A stretch of 64,000 bases of DNA from Candidatus Hecatella orcuttiae (GTDB lineage: Archaea; Thermoproteota; Bathyarchaeia; Hecatellales; Hecatellaceae). The stretch is from assembly GCA_002011035.2 (NCBI GenBank), contig MTLY02000001.1, positions 224,001 to 288,000 on the forward strand, written 5' to 3'. The position numbers and the translations under genes are program-made. Below the pieces are notes generated by a model. It worked only from the letters and a program-made list of their open reading frames with translations, made no database searches and was not told where the DNA came from. Numbering within the stretch: the first letter of the stretch is position 1; each line of letters opens with the position of its first letter. Shown in pieces: positions 56,471 through 64,000 of this stretch.

Positions 56471-59149
56471 TTAGAAGTTTAAAAACGACTCTAGTTTGGA
56501 GATGCCTATGATCTCTTCGAAGCTGATGTCCAAGGCGTCCAAGACTTGTTCGAAGGTGGTTTGAATGTGCTCCACATATTTGTTGACGTCGATTTCTTCC
56601 AGGGAAGCTTGGGATAACAGTTTAACCCATGGGTCTTTTCTCACTTTCACATACCTCACCACGGAGCCGGCTCCGATTTTTTCTTGGTCCTCCTTGGAGA
56701 GCTCCCTCAAAGCTTTCACATGCTGAGGGGTTGTTTTCTCATAGTCCTCCAAGCTCTTACCCAAGACGACGGTGAAGGCTAGGTCTTCCAAAGAATATTC
56801 CTTGCTCTTCAGCCGGCTGTAGCATTCTTTGACGATCCCCTTGATCTTCTCTTTGGCGTTGAAGAAGGCGTCCTCGGTTTCCACTTGGCTGAGGATGTTA
56901 ACCATGTCGGCGAAGGCCTTCTTCAAAAACTCCGGAGTGTTCCTCTTCTTCCCGGTTAAGCCTTTTATGTCAACGTTTCCCGTGGGGTAAACTCCGATGT
57001 AGTTTTTCTTCCGGGTGGAGAAGACGGTATACCGGTAAACTTTGTCCACATCCAAATCCATGCCCAAGTTATCTTTAGACCATTCGATGAGCTGGCGGAT
57101 TTGGGCTTCGGAAGGGTTTTTCAGAAAAACCGAGTCCGTGTCTCCGTAGATAACTTCAATGCCCAAGTCCTGAGCTTTTTCTATCACCTCCTGAATGGCA
57201 TACCTCCCCACGCTGGCCGTGGCTTCCGCTACAGGAGGGCAGTAAAGGACAAAGTGCTCGGCTCCGAAGACCCCGTAGGCAGCGTTCAAGATTACCTTCA
57301 GAGTCCTTTGGACAGCAGAATACCATGAACGGACTTCCGGCGGCACCGAAGGGTCTTTGGCTTTGCTCTTGTACCATCGAACTCGGAGGTCTCGGAGGGA
57401 GCCTATTAGGAGGCTGGTCAGCCCTCTTTTCTTCGTGCATACCCAGTGGGTTGTTTCCGGGATAAGGTTTCTCTTACATTCTTCATGGGGACATCGGACG
57501 GTTTCATAGGAGAGGTTCCACCTTTTGATGATGCTGGGGTACAGGCTGCTGAAGTCGAGAACGATGACGTTGAAGTTAACCCCAGCCCTCGGCTCGATGA
57601 CCACAGCGCCCCGGTATTTCTTTCCCTTGATGATGGAATGGGTTGCAGTGACGCCTTTCTCCGCGAGGATTTCCTTGGAAGTGGGGATGAGAATTCCCCG
57701 CCTCCTATGCTCACTGTACACCATGCTCCTTATCCAATTAGAAACTCCCTGCCGGGACACATCCTCCAAAGGCATCTTAGCGATTCTCGAAAGAGCGATG
57801 ATCAACTTCAAAACCAAGTTATCATCCAAAGCCGCCAGCTGGTAGGTTAGCTCCGAATCCCTGAGACAGTAGGCAGCCAACTCCATGTAGGAGAGCCGGG
57901 AAACATCCCTGTCCAACCCCAGCTTACCCAAGCCTAGGAGGGAAGAGGCTACCTCTTGGAGAGTTATCTCCCTGTACTTCTGGTCGAAAGCGTAAACCTG
58001 AATCGACCTGTTGAAGAAAAACCTGTAGAGGTCAAGGTGGATGCTCAGCCGGAGGAGGGCGGATTCCCTCCCCAGCTCAATGGGGATATCCTCCCTCGCA
58101 AAGCCCAGCCTCTCAGCTCGGTGATGAAGATACCGGAGGTCAAAGTCATCTCCGTTGAAAGTCAAAACAATAGGGTAGTCGGTGAGGATCTCAAACAGCT
58201 GCCTGAGAAGCTCTTTTTCGTCATCGTACCATTCAACCCTAGCCTCCGAGGGAAGCTCCGCTGAACCTTCGGAGACGACTCCCCTCCGAAGCAGCAGAAC
58301 TCTTTTAACAGAGTCGGAAGCCACTAAGGAGGCACAAATGACCCTGTATAGGGCTTCTTGCGGGCTGGGAACCCTGTCCAGGGTAGGGGACTCTACCTCG
58401 ATGTCCAAGGCAGCGTACCTCAGCTTGGGAACAGGGCATTCCAGTAGCCTCGCCCAGTTTTTGATGTACTCAAAAAACTCCGGAGACTCGCCTGCGAAGG
58501 CCGCTTCCACTTCGCTGAGGCTGGAGGACAGCCTCGATTCTAAGGGTATGATCTCCTCTTCCCTGATGGCGTAAGGCATCCCTACCTCCAAGTTTCGATC
58601 GTAGAGGTAGTTTTCATAGTATTTTATGTCAGCCTCCCAAACCTTCACCGAAGCGTCCTCCGGCTTCCACCGGGGGATGATGTCCCTGATGCACCCCGAA
58701 GGCCTGCCTCCGATGGCCAAGGGGTCTCGGGCGACGATCCGGGTCACCACCACTCGCCGGTCGATTAGAGGGTCCAGCTTCTCCACCTGCTCAAAGCCCT
58801 CCAACCCTTCATGGGCCATGAGCTCAGGGATATTCTTCAACTCCTCAGGCCGGAGGCTTGTCAGGCAGTAGGGCTTGTGGCCGGTGTTATCGTACCAAAA
58901 ATAAAGCTGCTCATCGGAGGGGCTGTAAAACTTCAGAACCGCGCAACGTTTATCACCGTCGTAGGTGGCTGAAAGAAGGTAGGCCTCAGCCAGATCTGAG
59001 GCTGGGGCAAGCCTTTCAGCCATATGCTTCCTAATTTTCTCCCGCCAAGCTTCCATATCCCCGGTTTTAGGGGTTTCAGGGGCTTGCGGCTTTTCCTCAG
59101 GCTTCCCCAAGTAGTCTTCTAAGGTTTTTTCCTGCATCTTCCCAGTCAC
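56471..59149 (-). CDS. polB: Family B DNA polymerase (PolB1-like)
   Basis: DIE and FNGDDFD exonuclease motifs; DFSSLYPS, KVILNAAYG, YGDTDS; no intein seen. Confidence 0.95.
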   Translation of the reverse strand: MTGKMQEKTLEDYLGKPEEKPQAPETPKTGDMEAWREKIRKHMAERLAPASDLAEAYLLSATYDGDKRCAVLKFYSPSDEQLYFWYDNTGHKPYCLTSLRPEELKNIPELMAHEGLEGFEQVEKLDPLIDRRVVVTRIVARDPLAIGGRPSGCIRDIIPRWKPEDASVKVWEADIKYYENYLYDRNLEVGMPYAIREEEIIPLESRLSSSLSEVEAAFAGESPEFFEYIKNWARLLECPVPKLRYAALDIEVESPTLDRVPSPQEALYRVICASLVASDSVKRVLLLRRGVVSEGSAELPSEARVEWYDDEKELLRQLFEILTDYPIVLTFNGDDFDLRYLHHRAERLGFAREDIPIELGRESALLRLSIHLDLYRFFFNRSIQVYAFDQKYREITLQEVASSLLGLGKLGLDRDVSRLSYMELAAYCLRDSELTYQLAALDDNLVLKLIIALSRIAKMPLEDVSRQGVSNWIRSMVYSEHRRRGILIPTSKEILAEKGVTATHSIIKGKKYRGAVVIEPRAGVNFNVIVLDFSSLYPSIIKRWNLSYETVRCPHEECKRNLIPETTHWVCTKKRGLTSLLIGSLRDLRVRWYKSKAKDPSVPPEVRSWYSAVQRTLKVILNAAYGVFGAEHFVLYCPPVAEATASVGRYAIQEVIEKAQDLGIEVIYGDTDSVFLKNPSEAQIRQLIEWSKDNLGMDLDVDKVYRYTVFSTRKKNYIGVYPTGNVDIKGLTGKKRNTPEFLKKAFADMVNILSQVETEDAFFNAKEKIKGIVKECYSRLKSKEYSLEDLAFTVVLGKSLEDYEKTTPQHVKALRELSKEDQEKIGAGSVVRYVKVRKDPWVKLLSQASLEEIDVNKYVEHIQTTFEQVLDALDISFEEIIGISKLESFLNF

Positions 59150-59203
59150 TTCACTGGTCGAAGGCGATGATTAATAAGTTTTTGCTGCCCCACGGCCACT
59201 CAG

Positions 59204-60097
59204 TCAATCAAACTTTTTCGCCTCCAGCAAGCACAAGGCTTCAAATATTATCTTCGCACCAAGGACGGCTGTGATGCCGCTGTCGTATCTTGGGGCTATT
59301 TCAACCAAGTCGAAGCCTTTCGCTTTCCCGTTTACCACCCCCCTCAGAATCTCCAAGAGAAGATGGGAGTTCAGCCCCTCCGGCTCAGGGTTTCCGACGG
59401 CGGGAGCGAAAGCAGGGTCCAATACGTCCATGTCGACGGTGAAGTAGGAGGACTTGAAGCTTCGGAGAAAATCCCTGATGTTTCCAGCAGCCCAAGCGGA
59501 GCCTTGGCTGAGGATCTGGTCGGAAGTCAGGTATCTGATTTTCCGGCTTTCCACGTAAGCCAAGTCCTCCTTGCACACCGCCCTGACACCTGCGAAAATA
59601 ATTCTATCAGGCCCTATTTTCTCCGCCAGTCTCCTCATGAAGGTGGTGTGGGAAAATTTTTTCCCCTCATACTCGTCTCGAAGGTCGAAGTGAGCGTCAA
59701 AAGAAACTATTCCCGTATCCTTGGGCAAGGATTCGACTGCTGAAAAAGTTAGGGTATGCTCTCCACCTAAGACCACCGGCTTCTTCCCAGCTTGAAAAAT
59801 CCTTGAAACCACTTCCTTCAGATTCGAAAAGGATTCAGCCACATCTTCAGAGACAGCCACGTCGCCAGCGTCGTGGATTTTAAGGTCCTCTAAGAAGACC
59901 CGGGTTCGGAGGCTGTAGGTTTCGATGTTGAGGGAGGCCTCCCTCAGAGCATTAGGTCCCTCCCGCGCCCCAAAACGGTAAGTGCTGGTGAGGTCGAAGG
60001 GAAACCCCACAACGACGTAATCGGCTTCGGAGAAAGGAAGCGACAGACCGGAAAAGGGGGAGGGCGGAGATGTTAAGAGGGTCTTTTTCCAGTTCAC
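59204..60097 (-). CDS. speB: Agmatinase
   Basis: GGEHT, DAHFD, DMDVLDP. Confidence 0.92.
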   Translation of the reverse strand: MNWKKTLLTSPPSPFSGLSLPFSEADYVVVGFPFDLTSTYRFGAREGPNALREASLNIETYSLRTRVFLEDLKIHDAGDVAVSEDVAESFSNLKEVVSRIFQAGKKPVVLGGEHTLTFSAVESLPKDTGIVSFDAHFDLRDEYEGKKFSHTTFMRRLAEKIGPDRIIFAGVRAVCKEDLAYVESRKIRYLTSDQILSQGSAWAAGNIRDFLRSFKSSYFTVDMDVLDPAFAPAVGNPEPEGLNSHLLLEILRGVVNGKAKGFDLVEIAPRYDSGITAVLGAKIIFEALCLLEAKKFD

Positions 60098-61086
60098 TTC
60101 TCAAATATTCTCTCCATCACGGCTGCCACCATTATGGGGAAGCAGATGGTGGTGTCACCGATAACCTGAACGTAGCTGGCTTTACTTTTAACCTTACCCC
60201 AAGACACAGCCTCCTCCAAAGTGGCTCCCGATAGCCCTCCGGGTTCAGGGCGGTCCATGGTTATCTGTATGGCGTAGTCCAATTTTTTACCCGTGGTGAA
60301 AGCTGCTTGAAAGATGAAGTTTTTCGGAACTCCTCCTCCGAGAACCAAGGCACCCGTTTTTTTAGAGGCTCTAAACATTTCAAAGAAGTTCTCCATGTCG
60401 CCCATGACATCCAATTGAATTTTCGGAACCTCCTTCACGCTTGGATATTTTCTATCCCACAACAACCCAAAACAGGAGTCGTTGAGAGCCGGAACGTAAA
60501 TCGGCTTATCAGCCTTGTAGGCTGCGTAGATTATCGAGTCTTCACAAGGTTTCATCAGCATGCCAACTTTTTTAAAAAACTCAGAGATCGACAGCCTAGG
60601 CGAGTTTTTGTTTTTCATCATTTCCCCGTAGATTTCTTGACAGATGCCCAGCATCGGCTTATCGAAACAGTCGACAAAATACTGATCCGGAATGAAGACA
60701 TCGTATATTCTGTCGATTTTCTCGGAATAAAGTTTGCTGTCGTCGGTTTGACAGGTTCCCTTAAAATGTCGACCTCCGTAGGCTTCAACGAAGTCGTGAA
60801 CCATGTTGGCTCCGGTGCTGACAATGACGTCTACCATGTCTCTCTTGATCATTTCGATGACGATCTGCTTCATCCCGGCGGGAACCATGGCGCCTGAAAA
60901 ACCAAAAAAAATAGTAGCATCATCTCTCAGCATCTGCTCATAAATGTCAACAGCCTTAGCCAGCCTTCCAGCTCCAAAGCTTCCAGACCTACCCATTTCA
61001 AGGATGAGTTGATTTACAGTCATGCCGCACCTCAACTTCACCGGCTCAACAACATCCTTACAGAATTCATGAGCCGTCTTAATCAC
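60094..61086 (-). CDS. dys: Deoxyhypusine synthase
   Basis: STGAN, DRIYD, GGGVPKN, GGLSGATLEEAVSWGK. Confidence 0.93.
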   Translation of the reverse strand: MIKTAHEFCKDVVEPVKLRCGMTVNQLILEMGRSGSFGAGRLAKAVDIYEQMLRDDATIFFGFSGAMVPAGMKQIVIEMIKRDMVDVIVSTGANMVHDFVEAYGGRHFKGTCQTDDSKLYSEKIDRIYDVFIPDQYFVDCFDKPMLGICQEIYGEMMKNKNSPRLSISEFFKKVGMLMKPCEDSIIYAAYKADKPIYVPALNDSCFGLLWDRKYPSVKEVPKIQLDVMGDMENFFEMFRASKKTGALVLGGGVPKNFIFQAAFTTGKKLDYAIQITMDRPEPGGLSGATLEEAVSWGKVKSKASYVQVIGDTTICFPIMVAAVMERIFEK

Positions 61087-61226
61087 ACCTATAAGTTTTT
61101 AACAATTCTTAAACTGGAAATGGAAATATAAAATTTTCTAAGAAAATACTTGAAGACCCGGAACAGAATTTTGGATCTCAAAAAAAACCTCGCATCTGAA
61201 ACGTTTCGAGGCTGGTTTGAATTTTA

Positions 61227-63209
61227 TCAGAAAATCCTTTTACCTGTTTCTTCGCCTACTTTTAACCCAGGTCTTCGAGCTGTCAGCATCTCTTGAAATT
61301 CTTTTGAACTCAGAATTTTCAGGAAAGCTTGAACTGCAGGCTTGTTAAGCCTGTCTAACCTTATGGCGAAGTCGTAGTTTTCATCCTTTAGATGAACGTA
61401 GTCTAGACCGTTCAGGCGGGCCACAGTCTCTATGGCCAATCCCACGTCGGCTTTTCCGTGCAGGATGGCCGTCGCTAGAGCTGAGTGGGATTTGACTTCG
61501 AAGGTGTATCCCTTAATTTTACGGATTAAGTCTTCAAAATCAACCCGCTTTTTCTTCGCTACTTCCTTTATATAAAAATCCAGCAGAATTCTGGTTCCGG
61601 AGCCTGTGTTCCTGTTCACCAAGGTTACATCCTCTCTCCAAAGGTCTTCTAGGCTACGGATCCCTTTCGGGTTTCTCCTTGCCACCACCAGTCCCTGCCT
61701 TCGGATGTAACCCCTCACCAAGGCTGCTTTCCCTTCAAGGCCGAATTTTTTCATAAACGACACATTGTAGTCTCCGGTTTCTCCATTCAGCAGGTGGATG
61801 CCTGCCATGTCAACTTCACCCCTCCTAAGGGCGGACAGGCCTCCACTAGAGCCGAGGTTGATTATCTTGAGTTTAAAGCTGGGATTTTGCTGAAGGAACA
61901 ACTCAGCGGCCACATCCAAGCCTAAGCAGTGGCTTCCCCCTATCACCAAGTCCGCAGGCTTAAACTGGGATCCGAAAATCCTAACCTGAACGCTTTCCCC
62001 CTCCTCTAGGAAAACTCTTCCCTCAGGAATTTCAATAAAGCCGTCAGCCTCGGCTAAAGTGGATATGGCCCCTGAACCCCCGACGGTGGGGAAAACGATG
62101 AACGCTTCCCCCGCCTGAATTATGTGCACTGGCAGAAAGTTCCTCCTCCCGGGGGTAGAGAAGATTCTTTCCCCCGCCTTGGCTTCAAGGACTTTCCCCT
62201 CAACCCACGGGCTTAAGCCGGCCATCTGTCTGAGAACAGGTTGGACGAGTATGTTGAAAATCATCAGCGCCGAGGTGGGATAGCCCGGCAGCCCAAAGAT
62301 AGGCTTACCTTGGATCAAGGCAATGATAGTTGGCTTTCCCGGCTTCACCAACACCCCGTGGACCAGTATGCCGGGTTTTCCAAGGCTGTCCAAGATTCTG
62401 TAGAGAATGTCTCCTGCGCCAGCTGAGGTTCCTCCGGAAACTAGGACGACGTCGCTTGTTTCAAGCGCCAGCTGGATCCGCTTCTTCAAGGCTTGGGCTT
62501 CATCGCCAACTACCCCTAGGAAGCGGGGTTCACAGCCGCATTCCAGAACGGATGCGGAGAGGGTGTAATTGTTGATGTCATAGATTTTACCGTAAGGTAA
62601 AGGTTGACCTATAGGGGTAATCTCGTTGCCTGTGGAAACCACGGCGACCACAGGTTTTCTGTAACATTTTACCTCCGAGATGCCTAAGGCTGCCAGAACC
62701 CCTATTTCTACGGGAGTTAAAACCGTCGACTTTCTCAGCACAAGCTCCCCAGCCATCATGTCGGAGCCGGCTGCCATAATGTTCTCCCCGGTGGTAACAG
62801 GCCTGTAGACTTCGAGGGAATCGCCCGCGGATGACGTATACTCCACCATGACAACAGCGTTCGCCCCCGGCGGCAGAGGCGCTCCTGTAGCGATTTCCAC
62901 CGCCTCCCCTTTCTGCAAGGTGAAGGGGGGCTCTTCTCCAGCTTGGAGCCGTCCCACTATTTTGAGCCTCACAGCTTTGTCCTCTTCAGCGTTGTAGGTG
63001 TCCTCCGCCTTGACAGCGTAGCCGTCCATGGCAGCCCTGTCAAAAGGTGGAATATCTAAGGGGGCTTCCACATCTTCTGCTGTAACCCTCCCCAAGGCCT
63101 CCGTCAACTTTACTGTCTCAACTCCCACTGGTTTCGGTTCAAAGTGCTCTCGCAGTTTCCTACCTGCTTCCTCAAGGGAGAGGAGATCCCGGAAAATTTT
63201 TCTAGCCAT
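61227..63209 (-). CDS. moeA: Molybdopterin molybdenumtransferase MoeA fused to a periplasmic-binding-protein-like domain
   Basis: AAMDGYAV, STGNE, KPGKP, LPGYP; C-terminal GSHC, GSSGGL, NRNTGSGTR. Confidence 0.92.
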   Translation of the reverse strand: MARKIFRDLLSLEEAGRKLREHFEPKPVGVETVKLTEALGRVTAEDVEAPLDIPPFDRAAMDGYAVKAEDTYNAEEDKAVRLKIVGRLQAGEEPPFTLQKGEAVEIATGAPLPPGANAVVMVEYTSSAGDSLEVYRPVTTGENIMAAGSDMMAGELVLRKSTVLTPVEIGVLAALGISEVKCYRKPVVAVVSTGNEITPIGQPLPYGKIYDINNYTLSASVLECGCEPRFLGVVGDEAQALKKRIQLALETSDVVLVSGGTSAGAGDILYRILDSLGKPGILVHGVLVKPGKPTIIALIQGKPIFGLPGYPTSALMIFNILVQPVLRQMAGLSPWVEGKVLEAKAGERIFSTPGRRNFLPVHIIQAGEAFIVFPTVGGSGAISTLAEADGFIEIPEGRVFLEEGESVQVRIFGSQFKPADLVIGGSHCLGLDVAAELFLQQNPSFKLKIINLGSSGGLSALRRGEVDMAGIHLLNGETGDYNVSFMKKFGLEGKAALVRGYIRRQGLVVARRNPKGIRSLEDLWREDVTLVNRNTGSGTRILLDFYIKEVAKKKRVDFEDLIRKIKGYTFEVKSHSALATAILHGKADVGLAIETVARLNGLDYVHLKDENYDFAIRLDRLNKPAVQAFLKILSSKEFQEMLTARRPGLKVGEETGKRIF

Positions 63210-64000
63210 AAGCTGGCTCCTCCAGACTTCTCAGCAAGGTAACCTTCACGGTTTCCCCTTTTTCTATTCCTTCCTTTTCTTCAGGCACCACCACTAAGCC
63301 TTGGGCTTTAACCATGGAGGATATTATTCCAGCTCCTGTGATTCTGATAGGTTCAGCCTCATAGCCTTCTCCCGTCTTTCTTAAAGCAACTCGGACAAAG
63401 TCTCTGACGCCGGGATGGGAAGGTACTCTCCTCGCCATCTTCGCCTCCACAGTGTAGCCGGATATTTCAGGCAGAGAAGTCCCCAGCATTTTCCCAATAA
63501 TCCCCTGCACAAACAAGTAGAAGGTCACCATAGCGGCCACAGGATAGCCGGGTAAAAGCACCACAGGCTTTTCCCCCACAGCCGCCAAAGCAACAGGTTT
63601 GCCCGGGCGAATGGCCACTCCGTGAACAACAATACAGGAGTCGGGGAAAGACCTCAGAGCTTCGACCACTAGGTCCCTAGCCCCCACAGAGGTGCCGCCG
63701 GATAGTACGGTGAGGTCCGCTTTTCTCAGACCCTCCTCCATCTTGGCCTTGATGGAGTTCAAGTCTTCGGAGGCTATGCCTAGGTCTAGAGGCGTGCACC
63801 CCAGTTCCGCTATCGCAGCCAACAGGAAATAACGGTTTGAATCGAAGGTTTTTCCACTCTCAGCCGGCACTCCAGGCTCGACAAGTTCGTTGCCCGTGGA
63901 GGCCACAGCGACCACAGGCTTTTTGACCACTTTAACCTTCCCTTTTCCCAAAGCGGCTAGAAGAGCTAAGTCCTGAGGCTTCAAAGCTAAGCCCTTGGTT
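63202..64000 (-). CDS. moeA: Second MoeA, 3' part; the gene starts beyond the window
   Basis: STGNEL, DSN, SGGTSVG, RPGKP, LPGYP. Confidence 0.9.
   Translation of the reverse strand, partial: TKGLALKPQDLALLAALGKGKVKVVKKPVVAVASTGNELVEPGVPAESGKTFDSNRYFLLAAIAELGCTPLDLGIASEDLNSIKAKMEEGLRKADLTVLSGGTSVGARDLVVEALRSFPDSCIVVHGVAIRPGKPVALAAVGEKPVVLLPGYPVAAMVTFYLFVQGIIGKMLGTSLPEISGYTVEAKMARRVPSHPGVRDFVRVALRKTGEGYEAEPIRITGAGIISSMVKAQGLVVVPEEKEGIEKGETVKVTLLRSLEEPAYG

Noticed and set aside
56471-59149. Intein or split in PolB
   Set aside because: The length and motif spacing are normal.
60094-61500. Lower-GC stretch around dys as a foreign island
   Set aside because: It contains core genes, dys is coupled to speB, and there are no mobility signals.
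1-64000. CRISPR arrays, rRNA, IS elements, and the many antisense or nested ORFs in the track
   Set aside because: No repeat-spacer arrays, rRNA or transposase motifs were seen. The nested ORFs are shadow frames of well-supported genes.

Overview
Archaeal chromosomal DNA, about 55% GC by eye. A TACK/Thermoproteota origin is supported by a PolB1-type polymerase, the LysW pathway and multi-intron tRNAs; Bathyarchaeia-like is my inference. Positions 1-17 kb hold housekeeping and accessory genes: an amidohydrolase, a JAMM protease, thioredoxins, an OCD/AlaDH family protein, GuaA-B, an HMG-CoA synthase-DUF35 fusion, a stand-alone nurA-herA pair, valS, a CitG-like gene and aIF1. Two intron-rich tRNAs are also there (Asn with 2 introns, Gln with 3). 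Positions 17-55.5 kb are an amino-acid biosynthesis supercluster: lysC-asd-aro (DKFP route), trp, hisC, thrC-hom-lysC, his and lysWXYZJ. The end carries cofE, polB, speB, dys and two moeA genes. Two unexplained signals stand out. (1) Long 5' leaders before the aro, trp and hisC units carry short upstream ORFs (aromatic codons in aro and trp) and pyrimidine anti-SD tracts, and the start of the trp leader is about 19-bp complementary to the aro leader. This is a candidate archaeal leader-peptide attenuation system with possible trans RNA cross-talk. (2) hisF, hisG and lysX have conserved N-termini with no in-frame ATG/GTG/TTG, implying near-cognate initiation (ACG/ATC/GTC) or +1 recoding. No CRISPR array, rRNA or intact mobile element was seen. 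All calls come from reading the sequence; no searches were run.
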